From a virus: a DNA stretch of 64,000 bases. The DNA lies in the IMG/VR virus record IMGVR_UViG_3300028883_000005, positions 18,576 to 82,575 of that record. One strand, 5' to 3'. A program made the position numbers and the translations under genes. Under the pieces are notes generated by a model. It worked only from the letters and a program-made list of their open reading frames with translations. It did not search any database and was not told the origin of the DNA. This document shows positions 56,245 to 64,000 of this stretch, one piece after another (the stretch's first letter is position 1; each line of letters opens with the position of its first letter).

Positions 56245-56934
56245 CTAAGGAGCTGTTGTTGTCGTAGTGGTGCTGGTTGTTGTCGTAGTGGTGCTGGTTG
56301 TTGTCGTAGTGGTAGTTAAAGTACTGTTATCTAAACTTAATTCTAAAACATCCAGCCCTTCATATCTTTTCTTTTTGACAGATTCAACCAGATAAAAAGC
56401 CCCATCTAGGCGAACAGTGTCTTTGGGTAGGACACCATAGGAGGAGGGAATGTACATCTCTAAAATTTCGGAAGGGATCGGTCCTGTTTCGCTGTCCTCA
56501 TTAAGCTCGTTACCAAATAAAGGTGAAGTTACACAAACATAAATATCTTCGGCCACGATAGTGTAATGAGTTTCAGCTAAATAAGTGTCCTCATTCCTAT
56601 CTTGGTAGGATCGAACTACAGAAACAGGCTCGTTGGCTTTGTATAAAACTAAAGAATGCCTATAAATTTCATTTTCAAAAGAGTCTGGTGTACTATGAGC
56701 TACTAGGTACTGAACACCAGTACCTGTAATAGTTACAACATCTCCAGATTTAATATCTAAATCATAAGCAACTTGACCTTCTAAAAAGAACTCCCGGATA
56801 AAAGGCTTGGTTACTTGGGCATTACTTTTAAGCCAAACATAGTTGGTAGCACTTTGTAAAACTCCATCCCTATGCAAACTGAAAAGCAAACCTGTCTCTT
56901 CTATTGCGGATTTTAGATCTAATCCCAGAGACAT
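56245..56934 (-). CDS. Head-closure-like protein with C-terminal poly-Thr...TAP tail
   Basis: Synteny; two beta-barrel-like halves; ends STLTTTTTTTSTTTTTTSTTTTTTTAP. Confidence 0.65.
   Translation of the reverse strand: MSLGLDLKSAIEETGLLFSLHRDGVLQSATNYVWLKSNAQVTKPFIREFFLEGQVAYDLDIKSGDVVTITGTGVQYLVAHSTPDSFENEIYRHSLVLYKANEPVSVVRSYQDRNEDTYLAETHYTIVAEDIYVCVTSPLFGNELNEDSETGPIPSEILEMYIPSSYGVLPKDTVRLDGAFYLVESVKKKRYEGLDVLELSLDNSTLTTTTTTTSTTTTTTSTTTTTTAP
56248..56325 (-). repeat. 21-bp tandem repeat (about 3 copies) encoding Thr/Ser tail
   Basis: GTTGTTGTCGTAGTGGTGCTG unit on + strand. Confidence 0.9.
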
Positions 56935-56936
56935 GA

Positions 56937-57386
56937 CTACTCGCTTTCTTTAGGATGGTGCAAAACCAACTGATCCTCGCTGTATGTTCTATCTCTACCT
57001 AATCCATCCGAAGCAAAACCTGCATCCACCTTAGTTCCAAAGAACTTATAAGTACTCACATCAGCAAAAAGCACAGGATTCTCTTCCTTTGCCTCCTCGA
57101 ACTTTTTATCTAGATCTTTTATCAGAGACCTATAATGATCAAAACGCTGATTGAGGTTAACTTGTTCGAACTTAAACTTATGAGCACTCTCGCTCATAAG
57201 TGCAAAAAACAAATGTCTGAGGGCCCTCTGCTTCAACCAGAAAAGCTTATCTCCGGTTTGCGGCAAAGTCCATCCCAGTTCCTCCTCGGCGGAATCTACT
57301 GCTTCTGTGTAGTCCGCCGGGTCGAGATAACTGGAGAGAGACTTAACTTTTACTGGAAGCCAAGCTACCATTTCAGATTGATTCAT
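56937..57386 (-). CDS. Head-tail adaptor (putative)
   Basis: Helical 149 aa; synteny after capsid. Confidence 0.6.
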   Translation of the reverse strand: MNQSEMVAWLPVKVKSLSSYLDPADYTEAVDSAEEELGWTLPQTGDKLFWLKQRALRHLFFALMSESAHKFKFEQVNLNQRFDHYRSLIKDLDKKFEEAKEENPVLFADVSTYKFFGTKVDAGFASDGLGRDRTYSEDQLVLHHPKESE

Positions 57387-57671
57387 TTAGCCCTCAACCC
57401 TTCGAGCTCTTCTCAAAGGCTCCTCTTGCTTAGGTGGTTTCTCTTCGGCAGGCAGGGTGGTTTCCACCGCTGCATCCCAAACAGACAGATCCTCGTCTGA
57501 AACTGGAGGCGGGGGTGATTGATGTTTAGAATACTCTAAAACATCAACCACATCCCCGCGGTAAACTTCAGTTAAGATATCTTCAGGTATGGGGGCAGTA
57601 TACACACCAACAGTATACTCTTTGGACCCTGCCTTTAGATGCTTTTTAAGCAATAGTTTTTCGATATGCAT
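57387..57671 (-). CDS. Hypothetical head-region protein ending EEPLRRARRVEG
   Basis: RBS GGAGG 8 nt upstream of ATG 57671. Confidence 0.68.
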   Translation of the reverse strand: MHIEKLLLKKHLKAGSKEYTVGVYTAPIPEDILTEVYRGDVVDVLEYSKHQSPPPPVSDEDLSVWDAAVETTLPAEEKPPKQEEPLRRARRVEG

Positions 57672-57709
57672 ATCGATTGCCTCCAGTCGATTATTACGAC
57701 ACCGCCCCA

Positions 57710-59065
57710 TTATGGAGCTGTGGTCGTAGAGGTGGTGCTGGTTGTCGTGGTGCTGGTTGTTGTAGTGGTACTGGTGGCGGACTCACCGGTGGTCGCCGTG
57801 ACATCGATGGTATAAATAGCATCCGTATGATAAAGGACAGGAAGCCCCTTATCTTGGACTCTAACGTAGATGCCTTCAGGGTCCCACACCTCTTTCTTGT
57901 CCACATACATGCCGTAATGACGGCCGAGGCCAAAAGGAGCCTGCATATATCTGGCAATTGGCTTTCCGTCTACTTTGTCCGTAAACATCACGAACTTGTC
58001 GTCCGGCATAAAGTACCTGGTCATGGACACATAATCTTCACCTGCCTGATAGCTGCTGGTGAATGGGTACTCGATCTGAATACGATCGTTTGCCTTGTCC
58101 ACAGAGAGGACTATACGCTCTTCAAAAGAGCCGTCCGTCTGATCCACGATTTTGATCGTAGAGTAAGCCTCAAAATCGCTGGCATCATTCACTGTGAGCC
58201 AGGTGGTGCTTCCGGCGGTGACCGCCGCGGTCAGCCAAGCTTTGACCTCATACATCTCATCGTATACGATGATTTCGTCGATGTCAAAAAGCTGGCCCAG
58301 GGTTCTGGCATTAACCAACGCCAAAGGATCTACCCCAGAACTACCAAATAGACTGCCATCACCGAAACGATCGCGGTACAGAAGTGCCTGCAGGGTGGTG
58401 TCTTTGCCAATCATATCCAAAACCTTGCTGTTACACATGGCCTTGGTAACATGGCTACCCACCGCCTCCGAGATTTTGCGCTTTCCGGTTTTGATATCTC
58501 CGAGGATGTCTTTGCTTCCGCCCGTATCCCAGTAATAGGCAGAGGCAAGACTCACCTTATGGGTGGACGGAATACCGTAATCCAGAGTGAACTTGACGCC
58601 GCCTTTCAGCTGGTAAGTCAAGGACCCCGTAAACAGCATTTGACAGAACATCCACTCTTTCCGGCGATTGGCACGATTGGAAATGTCGGACATGGCATCC
58701 GAAAGGATATCCATCGCTGTGTGGTGCGAGGCGTCTGTTCCGGGCTTACGGAGATTATTCAGGAACTCCTCATCGAAGTACCTTTTCTCCTTCCAGTAAG
58801 CCGCCTCGGCTGTGTGCTCAGCGATGCCATACCCTGCGGACAGTGGTGCTGGATGGCCAGGAGGAACGAACGGTGTCATTCCACGGCCGCCGCGTTGGCT
58901 TTCCCACTTGATAGATGAAGAATCCGCGTTCCTTTTAGGAAAGAGATTAGACATCACCAAATTCGGCGGTGCTTTGAAGGTTTCCACAAACTCCTGAAGA
59001 ACCTCCAACCTTAGGGCAGGAATGTCCGATTGTCCTCGAGACATTTTGTATTTTGATCGATTCAT
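57710..59065 (-). CDS. Major capsid protein (HK97 fold, gpE-like) with inserted beta domain and C-terminal Thr/Ser tail
   Basis: MTPFV, RRKEWM..Q.L..G, DYGIP..H, DILGDI, WDPEG....V...GLP; ends ATSTTTTTSTTTTSTTSTTTAP. Confidence 0.92.
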   Translation of the reverse strand: MNRSKYKMSRGQSDIPALRLEVLQEFVETFKAPPNLVMSNLFPKRNADSSSIKWESQRGGRGMTPFVPPGHPAPLSAGYGIAEHTAEAAYWKEKRYFDEEFLNNLRKPGTDASHHTAMDILSDAMSDISNRANRRKEWMFCQMLFTGSLTYQLKGGVKFTLDYGIPSTHKVSLASAYYWDTGGSKDILGDIKTGKRKISEAVGSHVTKAMCNSKVLDMIGKDTTLQALLYRDRFGDGSLFGSSGVDPLALVNARTLGQLFDIDEIIVYDEMYEVKAWLTAAVTAGSTTWLTVNDASDFEAYSTIKIVDQTDGSFEERIVLSVDKANDRIQIEYPFTSSYQAGEDYVSMTRYFMPDDKFVMFTDKVDGKPIARYMQAPFGLGRHYGMYVDKKEVWDPEGIYVRVQDKGLPVLYHTDAIYTIDVTATTGESATSTTTTTSTTTTSTTSTTTAP

Positions 59066-59093
59066 AGAGTATTCACCTCCCTTCTAATGGATT

Positions 59094-59774
59094 TTAACGG
59101 ATATACAGGAACTGACCGAAGGAGGCAGCCGACAGATCTGTCTTGGCGGCGCTGTCCATGTTCCGAAGAACCCCTTCGTGGACGACACAATTGCCCAGGA
59201 CCAATGTAGCGATGGCCCCCTTAGCATTTGCCCCAACCCCTGTATTCACAGATTTTTCAAGGATGCCCACTGCATCCGAGTAGTTGTTGGTGTTGTCACC
59301 AGCCTCCACACAAACATAGGCGAACCTAGCGGTTGTGAAAGCAGTTCCACCGATACTGGCGGTGAAAGTGATCTTGGCCATGTGAGGATAAGTACTCCTA
59401 TCGATGGCGGTGATTGCCCCCAGATTTTCGGCGGAGGTTGTATCATCGTTGATGATCAGGTCGTCACCGACCACAAACTTGTAACTATCGTTCATTGTAA
59501 CATACACATACTTGTCTGTGGTTCCGGAGTTGGCGACCAGATAGGCCCTGCCAGGATGATCCTCAGCGCCGGTAAACGATGTAGGGTTATAAGGAACCAA
59601 AGTTCCTACCCCGCCGCCGGCGGATTCATTCAAAGCCAAGACCTGCCCCATCTTAAGAAGTCCATAACCTGCTTGGATTGTCACAGGTACCTTGAGAGCT
59701 GCCATAGGGTCACTATGGTACATAGCTCTAAGATCTTCCTGAACCCCTCGGATAATGTTAGGAATATCTTGCAT
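59094..59774 (-). CDS. Head decoration protein (gpD-like) with inserted domain
   Basis: VTI.AG.G.LK.GQVL...LVPY...AVGIL; directly upstream of capsid. Confidence 0.8.
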   Translation of the reverse strand: MQDIPNIIRGVQEDLRAMYHSDPMAALKVPVTIQAGYGLLKMGQVLALNESAGGGVGTLVPYNPTSFTGAEDHPGRAYLVANSGTTDKYVYVTMNDSYKFVVGDDLIINDDTTSAENLGAITAIDRSTYPHMAKITFTASIGGTAFTTARFAYVCVEAGDNTNNYSDAVGILEKSVNTGVGANAKGAIATLVLGNCVVHEGVLRNMDSAAKTDLSAASFGQFLYIR

Positions 59775-59839
59775 TAAAAATCACCTCCTTATTATAGATT
59801 TGTCTCTTTAACTAAAACTACTTGTCTCGTTTCCGGCGG

Positions 59840-61006
59840 CTATTTAGCTGTCTGGCCGGCGCGGCTCAGCATGTCGGATACTACCGACTTATTCTCTTCA
59901 GAGAGCTGGTCAGATCCTTCACCTGCTTCATCTCCTGAAGAAGAAAACCCTCGAACATCGGTGGGGGCCATTCTGCTTTCCCAGTCTGCAATCTCATCTT
60001 GGACAGCCTTGGAGAAAGCCTCTTCATCCAGTCTATCCTCTTTCACAAACTTGCTGTGGTTGATTTGATTGCGAACCTTAGACTCCAGCCTAGGCTCCAC
60101 ATCGCTGTCCGCAAAGATTTCGGCGAACAACTTGTCTGCCCGACTTTTCATTGCTTCCTCACGAGACAGGGTAAGCTCCTTCTCCATTTTCGCTGTTCTC
60201 TCTTCCGTTTCGGAGAACTTGGAATTCATGGAGTCGATCTGCTCTTGGAAGCTTTTCCTCTCGTCTGAAAACTGAGATTCGGCCTCCTGCCGTCCTAGTG
60301 ATTTGCCCTCCTCAATTACTTGAGAGAACAAGTCGGGGTGCTTGGTTTTGAATTCCTTAAGATCCATGATGTTTTCACCTCCTTCCGAGTTTTTGTTAGT
60401 ATCTCCCTCTTCATCTAAAGTAAGAGTCTCCTCACCTCCTTCCTCAAGATAGTCTACCTCTTCCTCTTCATCCCTGGAAAAAGCAGACGATTTGGTTTTG
60501 CTGTCCCACCCAAAAACACATACAGAGGATTCTTTGTACTCCCACTCCCTCCATACCGTTCCTGGGCCTTTGACTTTGTGGCCGTTGACCACAACCTCTT
60601 CATCTTCCCCAAACCTCTGTATCTTGGAAGGTTTTCCATACAAACTTGCCTGATAAGGAAACCCCTCTTTGCTCAATTTACGGAATTCCTGACTATGAGG
60701 TGTGTCTACAAAACCAGACTTTTCAGGGTCCAGTTGAATTCCACCATCCGCAGTAACGATTGGTTTCTGATGGAACCCTACCTTTCGATCAGTTTCATGA
60801 TTTTCCAGAATGGGATAAACCTTTTGGCGGAACTTAACACCTTCGAGGTCCATTATGAGGTTGTCCCACCACCAGTGATTCTCAATCACTCCGCCTGTGT
60901 ATACTGTCATCTGGATCCTCTCTTTGCCGTCATCTGCGGCAAAGGCACAGGCTGTCTGGCCGGCTCCTACAAAACGAAGTGCTCCTTTCGGTATCTTATT
61001 CGCCAT
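59840..61006 (-). CDS. Prohead protease/scaffold
   Basis: YTGG, PILENH, GFPYQAS, ESSVCVFGWD; acidic coiled-coil C-half; start moved to 61006. Confidence 0.85.
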   Translation of the reverse strand: MANKIPKGALRFVGAGQTACAFAADDGKERIQMTVYTGGVIENHWWWDNLIMDLEGVKFRQKVYPILENHETDRKVGFHQKPIVTADGGIQLDPEKSGFVDTPHSQEFRKLSKEGFPYQASLYGKPSKIQRFGEDEEVVVNGHKVKGPGTVWREWEYKESSVCVFGWDSKTKSSAFSRDEEEEVDYLEEGGEETLTLDEEGDTNKNSEGGENIMDLKEFKTKHPDLFSQVIEEGKSLGRQEAESQFSDERKSFQEQIDSMNSKFSETEERTAKMEKELTLSREEAMKSRADKLFAEIFADSDVEPRLESKVRNQINHSKFVKEDRLDEEAFSKAVQDEIADWESRMAPTDVRGFSSSGDEAGEGSDQLSEENKSVVSDMLSRAGQTAK

Positions 61007-62621
61007 CTTTCTCTTCCTTTTTGTTTGATTTAGCAGGCTCTGCTTCTGCCTTCTCCTGCTTAGACTCTGCATCCATAGTATATACTAACTTAGGATACTT
61101 TTTCCTCTCTGTTTCCCTCTGGAGTCTTCCTCTACCATAGTTACTAAATCCCATTCTATTAGCAACTTCACTATTAGGAACACCCAAAGTCTCTGTGAGA
61201 GGCCCATGCTTTACACCGATCATTCCCTTAGCTCTAGATTCGTAATCTATATTTTCAGAGGTTGGGAAGGATATATCTATTAAAAACTCCGGCTTCCTAG
61301 GTATTTTCTTAAATACAGGTGTGTGATTATACTCTATTTCTCCATTCTCACCTTTTTTCTCTACAGATGTGAAATCCACACACTCTTCCACAGGGATTGT
61401 AGCTGGGAAAGATCCCACTTTATTTTTAAGGAGGAAAACAGATCCCCAAAAATCAAACTGGAGGAAGTTTTTGAACCAGGCAATTTCATCAGAGGTTCTA
61501 TCACTCATAGGACCTCTCGAAGCTTTTATGGAGGCATAAGGAGAGGTGCTCTTTCCTGTCATTACACCTTCCTCTTCATTTAGCCCGCTACCCACCATCT
61601 TTAAAATGTCTGTGTCTTGCTCGTTTAGCGTAGGTAGAGAAGGACTTTTAGCCTCCATAGTAATGCCATTTGGAAGAACCATAGAACCACCAGGTGTCTT
61701 CTTGGCCATAATACCTGTTTTTCTACGATCCTCATCTGAAAGAGAAAGCCAAAGCTTAAATGCCGCAGGATCTTCTATTGTAAATACCCAGAGATAGGAC
61801 CCTGCACTTCTCTTATGGTCTATCTCGTAGTTTTTCAGTTGCTCATATAGATTAGCCCATCTTAAAACGGTTCTTAGATAGGAGATCACCCTCCTCTCAA
61901 TAAGGCCACGGTCCCATCCTACCACAAAACGGTAGTAACCGTTTAATTTTTGGTATACCTTCTTTCTGGATTTACAAACGGCTTGAGCCTTAACTAAAAA
62001 ATCGTCGTGTTTCCTAGCATCTGCTACTAGAGAAGGGTTATGAGCAATATAAATGGAAGGTATTTGATAAGAAAATCCTCTACCTATAGGATTTTCTCCT
62101 TTAATATTATAAAATAGGGGCATGGTCTTTTTTGTAGAATGATAAATAATACCTACATCATCCTTACCCCCTCCCACATCATCTGGGTCTAAAAAATCTA
62201 TTTCTACGAAACCTTTCTCATGAATCGTGAATATTAAAAAGAGTTCACCTTCAATCTTTTCCCTGGCAACATATTTAGGCATGAAATTATAAAGGCGATT
62301 GCGATAATCAAACCAAGTTTCGTCCAACACCTCTTGGACTGTAAACACAGGGCTGCTGCATCCAAATCCTAAACCAGTGAGCCTTCCTTGAAGTCCGCGA
62401 ATAGCTGTGTTGATTTGAGGGTTATTATCGAACTTATTCCAGCACTCGTCTCTAATCTCAGATGCAGACATGGACTTGTAGGGCCGTTTCTGCTCAAAAC
62501 CGTCAGGATCCGAGTAGTCATTATCAGAACCAGGATCGTGCTGCCAGGGAATAGAAAAGGTTAGCCCTTTAAGGACTTCCGGTGGGACATTCTCTAAAGC
62601 TTTTAGAATTTCATTGTCCAT
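60996..62621 (-). CDS. Portal protein
   Basis: Size and position between terminase and protease; NPQI...G, GELF, PGG..VLP. Confidence 0.8.
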   Translation of the reverse strand: MDNEILKALENVPPEVLKGLTFSIPWQHDPGSDNDYSDPDGFEQKRPYKSMSASEIRDECWNKFDNNPQINTAIRGLQGRLTGLGFGCSSPVFTVQEVLDETWFDYRNRLYNFMPKYVAREKIEGELFLIFTIHEKGFVEIDFLDPDDVGGGKDDVGIIYHSTKKTMPLFYNIKGENPIGRGFSYQIPSIYIAHNPSLVADARKHDDFLVKAQAVCKSRKKVYQKLNGYYRFVVGWDRGLIERRVISYLRTVLRWANLYEQLKNYEIDHKRSAGSYLWVFTIEDPAAFKLWLSLSDEDRRKTGIMAKKTPGGSMVLPNGITMEAKSPSLPTLNEQDTDILKMVGSGLNEEEGVMTGKSTSPYASIKASRGPMSDRTSDEIAWFKNFLQFDFWGSVFLLKNKVGSFPATIPVEECVDFTSVEKKGENGEIEYNHTPVFKKIPRKPEFLIDISFPTSENIDYESRAKGMIGVKHGPLTETLGVPNSEVANRMGFSNYGRGRLQRETERKKYPKLVYTMDAESKQEKAEAEPAKSNKKEEKDGE

Positions 62622-62635
62622 CAATACGCTCTTTA

Positions 62636-62688
62636 GTAGGATATAATGTATATCCTACCAAATAGCACGGGCGGTGGTGGTATGTCAA
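62636..62688 (-). promoter_or_regulatory. Sigma70-like promoter (TTGACA-N18-TATTTG) followed by 10-bp perfect inverted repeat
   Basis: TGTCAA at 62683-88 on +; GTAGGATATA-atg-TATATCCTAC at 62636-58. Confidence 0.55.
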
Positions 62689-62709
62689 TAATTAAATTTG
62701 AAAACCGTT

Positions 62710-64000
62710 TTAAATATGTTGGCGGGCGGATGAAGGGTAAAAAATACCGAATTTATCTAAGGATTTTTTTCTTTCTCTGAAATGCTCTGGAGCAAGCTCT
62801 CTTCCTCCATACATACACCATCCTAAACTGAAAATGCTATCATCCTGAATTCCATGCTTTTCGTCTTTATGCGGACTACCAAACCATCGTTTAGTAGTAT
62901 CATGATAAAATACGCCCATTTCTTCTCTGATAATATCTGGGCCTGAAGTACCTGGTATAGTAGCTCTAGGCTTTTTTAGCCTACCTTCTCTAGATACTAA
63001 AAATAATTCCTTAAAACAGTCCCTCTGCCTGTCATAGCCTGGAGATACAAACTCATACTTTATTTTATTATCGTCTAAAAATTTATTCAAATTACCACTT
63101 CCGTATCTCTCCCCACAAAAACTATCTAAACCTTCGTACTCTGCATGGGCTCTAGATAAAACTCCTTTAACAGTGTCGATACTTGCATCTTCAATATGGA
63201 CCACACCTATTAAAAAATAAACATATTTGAGCGTAGCTCTATCTATACCTAAATATCCCAGGTCATATTTGCTATTAGGAAGCCCCTTAGCTACAAAAGT
63301 TAGAATAGTTTTAGCTTTTTTATAGATGGCCATCGGATCTGATTGATCTAATCCAGCTAAAATAGCGAAATCTGACCTGATTAGGTCACTTAACCTAGAG
63401 ATGACGTCCAAAGATGCAAATTCCACCGCACCAAAAGCATTTTTAAGTGTATAAACCGAGTCAACAGGGGCTAATTTTGCCTCGATTGCCGTAACTTGAT
63501 GCAAAAAATCTGCGGAATCTTGCTTAAATCCTATACCAGTATCTGCCTCAGCTAAGTCTAATAATCTATACTTTTCAGCCAGATTAAAAGATATTGACCC
63601 GTGATCCAATAATTTTTCTTCACAAGAGATTATTTCGGTTTCATCTAAAATTTCTCTGGTGAATGGCTTAACAGAGCCTGAATCCCATGAATTTTTAAAA
63701 TATCTCTCAAAATCCTCCTGCAAAAACTTCCTTTTGTATCCATCTAATTGGATCTGAGTCATATGAGGATTCCAATAATCTTCTTGCCTGGCCTCCCTGC
63801 TTTGTCTATGACTAAAAAATACCTGAGGTAGCTCCCCTTCTTTCCACCCCTCATATTGCTGGAATAGAATATGACTTCTATCAGATACGGTAGAGTCTAT
63901 TAGACCGAAAGCATTAGGTATATTTCTAATGGAACCGTCGAGCTGAGTGAAAAACTTAGGGTTTTTCATATCAAAAATTTCAGAGAAGGAATAATTCGAA
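62710..64000 (-). CDS. Terminase large subunit (5'-truncated by window)
   Basis: Frame open to window end; LIDST coupling motif, WNP, F.RYFKNSW, AGLD, QDDSIFSL nuclease motif; upstream of portal. Confidence 0.85.
   Translation of the reverse strand, partial: SNYSFSEIFDMKNPKFFTQLDGSIRNIPNAFGLIDSTVSDRSHILFQQYEGWKEGELPQVFFSHRQSREARQEDYWNPHMTQIQLDGYKRKFLQEDFERYFKNSWDSGSVKPFTREILDETEIISCEEKLLDHGSISFNLAEKYRLLDLAEADTGIGFKQDSADFLHQVTAIEAKLAPVDSVYTLKNAFGAVEFASLDVISRLSDLIRSDFAILAGLDQSDPMAIYKKAKTILTFVAKGLPNSKYDLGYLGIDRATLKYVYFLIGVVHIEDASIDTVKGVLSRAHAEYEGLDSFCGERYGSGNLNKFLDDNKIKYEFVSPGYDRQRDCFKELFLVSREGRLKKPRATIPGTSGPDIIREEMGVFYHDTTKRWFGSPHKDEKHGIQDDSIFSLGWCMYGGRELAPEHFRERKKSLDKFGIFYPSSARQHI

Noticed and set aside
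56248-56325. Thr tails as assembly or microsatellite artefact
   Set aside because: Three separate in-frame loci with mixed codons all end at AP-stop
543-61797. Many antisense or alternate-frame ORFs in the track (e.g. 1786-2406, 18090-18497, 57677-58351, 58451-58918, 59178-59777)
   Set aside because: They shadow well-supported genes in GC3-rich regions and show no recognisable motifs
1-64000. Stop-codon reassignment suggested by frequent TAG/CTA
   Set aside because: Genes are full length and tightly packed in the standard code, and several end at TAG

Overview
This is a 64-kb internal segment of a tailed dsDNA phage genome, siphovirus-like, with two convergent arms meeting at about 29.7 kb. 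The + arm (1-29.7 kb) carries a 7-deazaguanine DNA-modification cluster: queD, queE, folE, a second QueD-like gene, a radical SAM enzyme, a GT-B glycosyltransferase and a TGT/DpdA-like gene. It also carries an island of small ORFs and a full replication/recombination set: DnaB-like helicase, sliding clamp, UDG-PolA fusion, DnaQ, clamp loader, UvsY, gp32-like SSB, RecA, 5'-3' exonuclease, resolvase, ligase, split SbcC plus SbcD, and NADAR. The - arm (29.7-64 kb) is the late region: terminase, portal, protease/scaffold, decoration protein, major capsid, head-tail proteins, tail tube, G/GT chaperones, tape measure, tail tip, four signal-peptide-bearing acidic proteins, lysis genes, and a terminal 7-gene glycan-building cassette. 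There are three best candidates for undescribed biology. (1) A mucin-type virion glycosylation system: capsid, head-closure and tail-tube proteins all end in poly-Thr/Ser...TAP tails, and the late region encodes a polypeptide-GalNAc-transferase-like enzyme, four more GTs, a methyltransferase and a sulfotransferase. (2) A TGT/DpdA-like gene that appears to lack its N-terminal segment, with four scattered paralogous 'MKxFLAG...NRLxSFY' mini-modules that may supply it, in a QueC-less deazaguanine pathway. (3) A run of exported fibre-like proteins. All protein calls come from motif recognition by eye; no database searches were run. I saw no tRNA, rRNA, CRISPR array or integrase.
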